From the NCBI RefSeq assembly GCF_024521635.1, contig NW_026250410.1:434001-498000 (forward strand): DNA of 64,000 nucleotides. Direction: 5' to 3'. The stretch comes from Tricharina praecox (taxonomy: Eukaryota). A model generated the notes under the pieces. The model had not been told where the DNA came from. It worked only from the letters and a program-made list of their open reading frames with translations, and did no database searches. Positions 10,885-21,300 of this stretch are shown piece after piece (the first letter of the stretch is position 1; each line of letters opens with the position of its first letter). A program made the translations under genes and the position numbers.

Positions 10885-11960
10885 ATGAAGCAGAAGGGAG
10901 TCCGTGATCCGGCCGTTGGCGTGAGCCATCGAGAAACCACGCGGGACGAGCGGATGCGTGCTATCGCGCTGCGTGATCATGCCAAATGGAGCTGGCGGCA
11001 AATCGGAAGAGAGCTCAAGATGGATGCTCGAACAGCGTCGCGAATATATCACCGTTATCAGCGGGATGGCTCTCCTTCGAACCGGAAACGAACCGGTAGA
11101 CCTCCGATATTCGATGATGAAGAGAAGGCGCGTCTCGTCGCCTTTATCACCCGCGACGCCCGCACGCGAAGCCTGAGCTGGGAGGAGGTCTGCGTCGAGA
11201 TGGATTACGCCTGTAGTCCGAAGACGGTACGAGATGTCATGAAATCATTGGGTTATCAGAAACGCGCATGTACCAAGGACGAAGCCCAACGTAAAACCGA
11301 ACGACAAACCGAAACGACTTGCTTGGTGTCAGAACAGACTGCATTGGACCAAGAAGGAGTGGAAGAGAGTAATCAGGATGAATAGATTCTCCTTCTCAAC
11401 GGCAGGCTTCGGTCATCGTCCATGGGCCACCCGGAAACTAGATGAAGATCATCACCCCGACTACGTCGATTGGAAATTTCACTCAGGACGGAAGAGCAAG
11501 GTGGTTTGGAGGGCCTTCGGCGGTACAAAGTCTGATCCTATCTTCGTTCCCGGCAAAACGAAGCTCAACTTCGCAACCTATGTATGAATGGTCCTTGAGC
11601 CTGCTATTGTACCTTTTTGGCATTAGTGTCGCGAGGAATATGGATGGGCTATTGTGCAAGAGTAGTATCGCTCCGGGGCATAAAGGAAATGCCAAAGCCT
11701 ACAGAGAGTTGAATGGGATGGAGAGTTTGGAATGGCCGGCTGAGTCTCCTGATCTCAATCTAATGGAGGCTGGTTGGAGATGTGGAGACGGAGTTGGACG
11801 AGATATGGAGACGAGCAGCGGACGTTGAGGCATTGTAATTGTATTTAGCTGTGTGTTGGGCTCGGGTTATTACAGAGGAAAGGTTAGATGAATTGATAGA
11901 GAGCATGCTGGTGAGGTTGCAAACTTTAATCGATGCTGGAGGGGCGGCGGAGAGATACTC
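10885..11960 (+). mobile_element. Decayed Tc1/mariner (DD34E-type) transposase
   Basis: HTH region (KWSWRQIGRELKMDARTASRIY, RTGRPPIF, SPKTVRDVMKSLGY). After frameshifts: RLAWC..RLHWTKKEWKRVI, VVWRAFG, APGHKG, LEWPAESPDLNLME, LIESMLVRLQTLIDAGG. Multiple stops and frameshifts; TIRs not confidently located. Confidence 0.9.
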
Positions 11961-12029
11961 AGTGGATAGGCGGGAGGATACATGTCGGAGCCGCTCTGTT
12001 GGCATCCCATCGAAAGAGAGAGAGATCTT

Positions 12030-12690
12030 CCTGTTTTATTTCTCATGCAGCCTATCTAGACTATGGCGAACCCATGAACTCCGTTTCCTATCCGCCCTGG
12101 CCAGCCGAGGTGAAAGCCCCGGTACCGACCAGTCCGATGCGGCGCCCCACTTCCCCTGCCCATCCGCCTCGGGCGGACACAAGCAAAAAGTATATTGACA
12201 GTAAAGACTGGTATGGGCCCACATGCCCGCTCCTCCTGCTGCCCCTCGCCTCTCTTCCCCGTCATCCGCTTCCGCTCCAAAACCTATCACCGCGTATCCT
12301 CCTCTCCCACTTCCTCGCATCTGCCGCAGACGCAATATCCTGCTGGACACTCTTGCTCTGCCCCCGATGCGATGCTCGCCTCCTCCTCATCCTCCTCCTC
12401 CCGATCTAGTGGAGCTTTTCTCTCCACATCTGTCGTTCCTAGAAACTCTAGGATTGCCTCGCTGCACCGCTCGTCGGCGAACAGCTCCGCTATCGACCAC
12501 GTCTCTTTCCTTCTCTCCGTTTCCTTCCCGACCTTTGCCCACAAGGCTTTCTGTTGACTTCTCCACCGTGAGCAGTTTTTGAATGGGTGCTCGCGGGACT
12601 GCTTAGTAGGCCTTTTGCACCACCAGTAATGGTCATCATCCCGCTTCTTAATCCACTTCTTCATCCAAGGCATCTCATCGAACGCCGTCC
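12030..12690 (-). mobile_element. 5'-truncated non-LTR retrotransposon (Tad1-like LINE) 3' end: CCHC zinc-knuckle region plus 3' UTR
   Basis: ORF 12287-12673 reads (H)YWWC...QSREHPFKNCSRW..QQKALW..V...IAELFADERCSEAILEFLGTTDV, matching the C-terminal CWWC..QTREHLFK.C.RW motif of fungal LINE ORF2. AATAAA lies near 12035 on the minus strand. Confidence 0.8.
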
Positions 12691-15601
12691 AAAAACTCGA
12701 TCATTTCCACTAAGCGAGTGATATTATATGATCTGTCTTCGCTGTTCCTCCTCAGAGGGATCAAGAGTTGGCACTACAGCAGACTTTGTACGATTACAGC
12801 TGCCCACCATCATCGATTGCGATTCAAGCCTGCTCTATCAGAGCAACCCCTTTTTTTAATGTGGGAAAACCCTTGCGAAGGACCGTACCGGCTTGGAGTC
12901 ATCGTTCAGCCTGCACGGTGTCCTAGCATGAGGAAGTGGTGTTGACAAGTCCAAAAAATCACACACTCACAAGCGATAGGGAGCGATAAGGGGGCGTCCA
13001 CATCCGGACTCTTTCGGCCCCTCGTATTTAACACTTGCCGCGAACAATAGTGAGGCTCGTGGCGGTGACTACTCTAGTCTTCCGGTTCTTGCCAATAAGC
13101 CTACAGTCGCACCTCCTCCGACCTCCTTTCTCCCTACTGTTTGAGACTTACTCGTCTCTTTCGGCGCCCTGTTACTTCCTTCCTTCCTTCGCCCCCTCTT
13201 CCCCGCCGTGAGCAGGTCCACAGTCCGACTCGAGAGTCGAGTCCGGGAATGGAGCATCTAGGCGATGCCCGGCTCGGACGGACAATAGAATGAAGATTGG
13301 CCGATTCGAACAAGGTCAAGCCGTATCCACGAGTGTGCGGCACCCATCGTCATCGGCGGCGGCGGTGGTGGTGTCATGGGGCCGGTGCATAGGGAGGGAG
13401 ATAAGGTAGAATATGCAAACCCTTTCGACCGGTACGGGGATGGACCGAAACGAACCGGACCGTTCAGGCGTATGGCCGTGGATCCGGGGCAATTTGACGA
13501 TAGAGTTGCCCGGTGGGTTTCCAGCAGCGAGCTTTTATGATGTACAAATCGATTGCGCCGTGGACCCGGTAAGTGTGGGAGGGATAGATGCCTTTCTTTC
13601 GCGGAGTAGGATGACCAAGTTAAAGGACGGTGAAGTCCGGCGGATCCAAATGTTGGCAACTTGGGTACTTCTTCTGGTGTGAATTGTTGATTGCAGAAAT
13701 ATTGAAAGATGCTTGAATGCGTCATCCCTGCTGATGGCAAACGAACTCCTTGCCGATGAACATGCAGAGGTTCCGATGCTGGAATGAGGATTTGAGGATT
13801 TTCTCTGAGGCTGTGAGGGAGCCAAAGTTCTCGGAGGATATGTCGCCGCTCACAACGCCCATCCCAGCAATATGTCCATAGCCTCAGCGCCTAGTCCACA
13901 GAGATGACAATACCCTACGACGTCCGGATATAGGTAGTCCGATATCGAGGCCACAAGGTTCTGCATTTTAGAGCCATAGCCTTCTTCAGACCCTACGCTG
14001 TGAAATCATTGTCGTAGTACGGTAGTAGGTACCACGCATAGTAGGATCCACGAACAGACAAACGCTAGGAGGTGGTTGATCTGAGCAATTTGAATCCTGG
14101 CGGTTCGTAAAATTGATAGATGGAGCGTCGGTGGACAGCGTGGCGGAATCTTCGGCGTATGTTCTTCCCGAGTGCTCAGGTTGGCTCCGCCGCGGGGTGA
14201 TGAAGTCCACCGGAAACTCGACAATGTCTGGGGCGGTTTTCGGAAGCATGCTATCCCCGTGGGAAAGAAATAGTCATGGGAAAAAATGAAGAAAATGCGG
14301 TAGAGGGGAGCTCTGGCCGAAGACAGGGTTGGCGAGCGCGAGTGCGAAGTTTGATGGATGGTCCGGGCTTTGGGGTAATATTATATACCACATACCGAGG
14401 TCTCGAACAACAACCACACCATCCCATGTGGCCTCAAGGAAAGCCCACATGTTCGAGTACATACGAGAAGACCACATGATTCCAATTGGTAGCTTCAATC
14501 AGTGGCTTCTCTTTGATCCCCCGATAGTTGCGTGCTGGTTCCCGGCCACGACGCTTCTCTTTGGCGAAATCAGTTACTTGTTTTCCGGAAATGGCTTACT
14601 GCTGCTCCTCATAAAGTTTCGTTATTTTCCGGCCCTTTGTTAGAACGAACTCGTCCCGTGTCGTTACGTATCTGCTAACAAAGAAAGCTACAAGCACCAC
14701 TAGGCCAGTCTAAGTCTACGCCGTGGTCTCATCGGTTTTCCAGTCCAGTCCGGGCCCAAGACCCGCATCGGTAACATTAATCTGCAGGAGATAGAAAGGG
14801 CACCTTTCTAGAAAAGTGAAATCTCAACTCATGTGAAGTAGAGGCGAGTTACTTTTTATGATTGGCTGGCCCTTCTCCAGGCTCTCTCGTAAAGGAAGAA
14901 GCATAATAGATATGCTGGATTAGTAAAGGAAAAGCCTCATCATCACGAATTTCGGTTCGGCAGATCAAAACGGGCGCCAAAACGGGCAAAAAATTTCAGG
15001 TGGGAATGATATGGCATGGGCATCACATCGGAATTGGCAGTCGTATTCATCTCCCTCTTGAAAACCTTGCTGACCAATTCGCTCGAAACCAGGAGTTTTA
15101 GCCACCACGATCCGTAATACCATTTGTCCATTCGGAGATGAAGTTGAGCGTCCGGCTGAGCGGCTGGAACCACAGGTCCACAGGCCAGAACTATGAAACA
15201 CTCGGCGATAATGAAAGGGTTAGATGGACTGATTACTAACAGCCCCGTAAAACAAAACGGGATTGAGAATCTGACACTTTCCTGGAGGGGGGGGGGGAGC
15301 TAGGTCATCCTCTCTGGGCTCGCGAGTGGGTGGTGTTTTCCAAGGGCGCTGGTGCCGAACGGCCTCAACTTCTCTTGGAGGAGAGAGTGGTATTTCGGAT
15401 CACAGTTTCAATAGGTACTGGTAGTGATTGAGTACTTAAGGATTCTATTTCGGACGAGTACCTAGCAGATAAGCCCCTCTCTGTTATCACACTCCAAGCA
15501 GGCAAAACGTGCACACATCATCGGGGAATAGATCGAGTTCGTCTTTTCGACGTTTGTGCCCATCACAGGTGTTGGCTCGCCATTCATCCACACAAACCTC
15601 T

Positions 15602-16649
15602 CTATTCTTTCTCCGCCCCATTCTGCTCCACCCCATTCTTCTCCACCCCATTCTTCTCCGCCCCATTCTGCTCCACTCCATTCTTCTCCTTCTCCCCATC
15701 CTTCCCAAAAGTCGGTCTCAGCACCTCGAACCCCTCCCTGGCCCTGAGATACGTAATCCCACCGAGCCGTCCCACCGGTCTCAGCACCCTAAAATCGACA
15801 ACATTCCTATCCTCATTCAGGGCATCCTCCCTGACATGAAAATAAACACCACTCAGAATCGCCAGCACGCCCGTCTTCTCCCCGGTGCTAGGGGAGAACC
15901 AATCATGACTCGCCACGAGCTTTGCCTCTACGGCAAACACCGCCTCCGCGACTCTCGGGGGCTTGACCTTACAACTCGGCGCGGGCGTAAGCCCCGAGAG
16001 CGTCCACTCGGACACGCCCGAGGGCGCGTCAATGCTCGTGTAGTTCGCGGCCTCGACGAAGTGCTCGCTGACAAGGTTGATCACGCACTCGCGCGTGGAC
16101 AACACGTGCCGCGACGTGTCCTTGAGCGCTGAAGCGCCCATCGTGAAGCCCAACGTGAAGATGGGCGGGTCGTGGTTGACGATCTGGAGGTACGAGAACG
16201 GCGCGAGGTTGCGTTGGCCGTCTGGGCCCTCGGTTGAGACGACCCCAATCTATATACACAGTCACATGCCCCGAATCAGCGCAGCGACGGGGGAGCGGGA
16301 GGAGACAGCGACGAACCGGCCGCGGAACGATGCCTGATACCAAAAGCTTGTAGTTATCCAGCGGCGTGCGGTCGCCGGCGTACGGGTCGATGTGTACTGT
16401 TTCGTGATCGCGCCACGACGGGTCGTTTGCGCCGCTGCCTGGTCGCCATGCTGGGTCTACCGTCTGCGTGTGCGTGAACGAGTACTCGTCGAACGGCGCT
16501 CGCTCGGATTGCACTTTTTCAAAGTCCGGCTTTTATACACACACCCAAAGGTCAGCTAGAGCTCAGTGGCTTGCCGTGGGACGAGCGGACGGACGGACGT
16601 AGCGGGATACTAGCTTTGCGGGGGATTTGGCGCGTGGTGGGAGGGACAT
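15602..16649 (-). CDS. Flavin reductase-like FMN-binding split-barrel protein (flavoprotein oxygenase, DIM6/NTAB-like); 3 exons
   Basis: Exons 16649-16599, 16529-16317, 16249-15602. Spliced motifs PDFEKVQSER, NYKLLVSGIVPRPIGVVST, NLAPFSY, KDTSRHV...ECVINLVSE, SEWTLSGLTP, VKPPRVAEA, LRPVGRLGGITY. Confidence 0.9.
15608..15700 (-). repeat. 15-bp coding tandem repeat giving (E[KQ]NG[VA])x5 at the C-terminus
   Basis: TTCTCCGCCCCATTCTGCTCCACCCCATTC-type units seen directly; protein tail EKNGVEQNGAEKNGVEKNGVEQNGAEKE. Confidence 0.85.
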
Positions 16650-18394
16650 CTTGGTTCTGTTCTTTGCGTTTGCGTTTGACTGACGGCAGCTGGACACTCG
16701 ACAAAACCCGCGCAGCGAAGCGGGAGTGCTACATATACCTACATATACCTACAATCTACATAACCTATGCATTTCTCCGGCCAGCAAAGTGATTGGACGG
16801 AAAAATCGTCACCTCCGAGGTACATACGGAAGAACGTTGTTGATGCTCGCACCGCGAGTACCTACAATCCGGTAGACATCTGGACTTTGATAGTGGGGGT
16901 TCGGTACATACCCGTAGGTGGGGGTGAAGCTTCGGAACCTTCCCGACGCACGCCAGAGTGCGGGAACCTCCCCGCCCCCCGCCCCCCGTCCCCCGCCCCC
17001 CGCAGTTTCTGCCCGAGCCGAGGAGCCTACCTAGTGAGATGGTTAGAGCGATAAGCTGCACGATCTCCATCTACATACCAACATACCCTGGGTTTTGTTG
17101 CAGCAGTTGCAGCAGTTGGAGTTGTTGCAGGCTTGCAGCCAGCGGCCGCTTGTTGTTGATGACAGACGATTGATTGCACGGGCCCGTGATTGCCACTGGC
17201 CACGGAACGGCCCGTTATGTAGGTACATACGGTAGTTAGGAGCGGACTGTCGGCCAATCATGGGTTACTGCCTTTTCATCTCATCTCCAATTCCCGCCAT
17301 GGAGATCTAGATTTTGGATATGCACTTTTTACGGTAGAGTATTTTCACGAGCACAACCTCACTCGCGCCCGCCCGCATCATGCCTTCAGAGTCGACATCG
17401 CATTAAGTAGATCCTTGAGTAAGTACTTCTTAAGGTATCATAGGTAGTCCTCAAACTCCACACCCGTCACCCTCCCGCCCCCTCCCCTCCCCTCCCCCCC
17501 TCACCCTCCCCCCTTCACCACCAACCCACCCACTCACCCACCCACCACAGTAAAATATACAATACAAGAAACGAACTCACTCAACAAGCAAAACTCTCAG
17601 TATAAGGTAAAAGAAAAAGAAGAAAAGAAAAAAACAAAGAAAAATCATGGTATCAAAAATCCTTACATCACACTCGCACTCGCATTTGCAGGTGCTATGT
17701 AAAATAAAACACAAAAAAAAAGGATGGTTATGGTTATTGCAGCCCATTCCCCGCCGCTCCTCTGCAACTCCTCCACATACATCCGAAAAAACACAAAGTA
17801 CCGCCCCGCCCGCCCGCCACATCCTACACCACACCACACCACATCCCCAACACACAACACACAACACACACACAAACACACAACACACACAAACGCGCAC
17901 ACAACCACAACCATAACCATCCTTTATCCAAAACCGTAGCGTAGCGTAGCGGAATAGAAAAGAAACGGTGACAATGAAGAAGAAGCTCTCCCCACAAACC
18001 AAACAACCACAAATTAACGACACCCATGGGGGGGGGGGGATAGGGGATATCATTCCAACGCCCTCCAGCAGATTCGGTAGAAAATCAGACGAGATAAACG
18101 GGGGGAAGGCTTCGGAATCGATAGGGGGGCTTTAAGTTACAAAGCGACGCAAAAAGACCAAGAGGTAGGGTAGGGGGGGAGACAAAACTAATGTATAAAT
18201 AGGGCGCCCTTGGCGAAAAGAAGTAAAAAAATGACACAAGTGTAGGAAGTAGGAGAAGAAGGGGCTATAGATACGTCGTCGAAGGGGGGCCAAAAATACG
18301 TCGTGATGGAGGCGGTCACACGGTGGTGGCGTGCCTTTGCTCTAAATTCTTGACGGCAAGGAAATTTACACGACCGTCCGTCCGTCCGGTTCCT

Positions 18395-21300
18395 CTAGTT
18401 CCAACCGAGCGAGTTCGCGGCCATCAGAGGGGCCGAGATCTGCGGGCCTCTTCCGCCGGGACCGCTGCCGTGGCTGTTCCTTTCAGGAGCACCAGCGGCA
18501 CCTGCGGCACCAAGACCGCCAGGAGTGGAACCCTGGGTGCCGTACGTGTCTCTGGCGCCGTGCATCATCGCTCCGATACCGCTCGAGTGTACAACCCCCG
18601 TTGGCCCACCGATGACCATGGCCCCTTGAACGGACGATGAACGACTGTGTCCCTTCCTCTTCTGCCTGTACCGACGGGCGACGAAGAACATCGCACCACC
18701 GTACGCCAGGGCACCGAAACAAACACCTGCGCCGATACCAACAGTCTTCGTCGAGATAGGACCAGTCTTGTTCTCGATGGGAGAGCCACCGCCACCGGTG
18801 GTGGTTGTGGTGCTGTCATCATCGGTCCATGACTTGTCGTCGGTGAGTTGGCCGTTTCCGTTTCCGTCTTGTTCGCTAGCGCTTGCACGAAGGGGGATGG
18901 TGGAGTCGAGAAGAGCCATGATCTGCTCGATTGGTGTGGTCGGGTTGTTCATCATCCTTGAACCTGGAGTGCGACGCTGAAGATCCAGCTCGTCGAACAG
19001 ATCCTTAGGGATGTAGGCAAGAACCAGTGTGGTGACGTAACCCTTGCTCTTCCTTGTGTCATACGGCTGGAGGGAATGCATCGTGACGCTCGCAGTGTTG
19101 AGTCCGAAGTTCAATCCCTTTGGCACGTATTCGAAGATTTGTGCGACGGATACCGGGTTCTCAACCACGAATACGTAGTTCAACTCGTGCTTGAAGCCAA
19201 GGCGAACCAATATCATGTCCTGGGGAGCATCCGGCATTCCTCCGTAGGGAGTGATGACCTTGGGCAGTCTGGGATCTAATGTTGTACCGGTTGGCTCAAC
19301 CGCAGTACCTGTGGAGGTGGCAGGTTGACCGGCGTCCGCAGTGGTCTTTGTCGTGGTGACAGAGGGTGCAACCACCAACGTAGATGTTTGGAACCAGATG
19401 GACGTAGGATTAATGCCAGAGGAGGGTGGGATGACTGCGAGTTTTGTGGTTGACAATGTGGTCGCGGGCACCACGGTCGTGATCGGTGCAATCGCAACCG
19501 TCGTAGGCGTCTCAGACTCGGTGTAGGACTGAGCAGCCGTGGTAGGTGCGTTGGATACTGGTCCGGATGAGGCAACCGTAGTAGGTCTGTCGGATTCTGT
19601 TCCAGATGGGGCAAGCGGCTTGTCAGATACTGATCCGGATTCATCGACCGTAGTGCTGGGATCGGTGACACCTGATGATGGAACGCCGGTGAATGACGGG
19701 AGGCCAGTGATACTAGGAAGGACGCTGGTTAAATCCGGAGTCTGGCTCAGAGGATCAGTTGACACGAATGAGTTGATGCCTGATGGCAGGTTTGACGGCA
19801 ATGAGTTGATGCCTGATGGCAGATTTGACGGCAATGACGTTGGGATGACAGCGGAAAGATCCGGGATGACAGAAGTTGGGATTCCCGAGGAGATAATCGC
19901 CGACGGGCCAGATGGAAGTGAGGTCGGAATGATACCCGACAGGTTGGGGAGGCCAGAAGTCGGAACTCCCGACGGAACAACGACCGAGGAACCCGGATAG
20001 ACCGTCGAGAAGTCTGGGATGATTGAGTCTGGGAAATCAGAGATGATCGACGACAGACCTGGAGCCGCGGAGGGAATGACCGTCGACAGATCCGGGATGA
20101 GCGACGAAAGACCGGGGGCCGCAGAGGGCATCGACGTGATCAGAGGGAGATCGCTAACTTCGGTGGGGAGCGAGACGACCGCCGTGGGGATCCTTGTTGC
20201 TTCGGACCAAACCGATGATACGACCGGGTCCACCCACGAGTCAACGACAGACGAAACTGGATCCAAAACCGACGTGATAGGATCCACCACAACAGAACCG
20301 ATGGCAGAAGTAATAGGTCTTCCCACAGCCGAGTCCACGGCAGTCGTGATGGAATCCACAACTGAGTCCACGGCAGTCGTGACGTGGTCCACAAAAGAGT
20401 CTACGGCAGTAGTGATGGGGTCCACAACTGAGTCCACAACCGACGTGATGGGGTCCACGACCGAGTCAACGACAGACGTGATGGGGTCGACGACTGAGTC
20501 CACAACCGACGTGATGGGGTCGACAACTGAGTCCACGACAGATGTGATGGGGGCCACAACTGAGTCCACGACAGATGTGATGGGGGCCACAACTGAGTCC
20601 ACAACAGACGTGATGGGTGCGACAACTGAGTCCACAACAGACGTGATGGGGTCCACGACCGAGTCCACGACCGAAGTGATGGGGTCGATAACTGAGCCCA
20701 CAGCAGTCGTGATGGGAGCCCCAACTGAGTCCACGACAGTCTTGACGGGCTCCAGAACTGAGTCCACGGCAGTGGTGACGTGGTCCACAACCGAGTCCAC
20801 AACAGTCTTGACGGGCTCCAGAACCGAGTCCACGACAGTCTTGACGGGGTCTAGAACCGAGTCCACGACAGTAGTGATGGGCCCCAGAAGTGAGTCTACG
20901 GCAGTGGTGATGGGCTCCAGAACCGAGTCCACGACAGACGTAACTGGGTCGAGAATCGGGCCAAGGATACCAGTCTTGCTTGGCATACCGGTCTCAACAG
21001 GCAAGTCGGTAATAGTAAGATCTTCAGTGACACTGGGCAAATCCACAATCGGCGTCAACGAGTCAACAACGGAGTCCAGGAGACCGGAGCCGGTCTCGAC
21101 AGGCAAGTCGGTGATAGTAAGATCCTCAGTGACACTGGGCAAATCCACAATCGGCGTCAACGAGTCCACGATGGAGTCCACAATACCAGTCTCAACAGGC
21201 AAGTCGGTAAGAGTAAGATCCTCAGTGACTGACGGCAAATCCACAATTGGCGTCAACGAATCAACAATGGAGTCCAGAAGACCGGAGTCGGTCTCAACAG

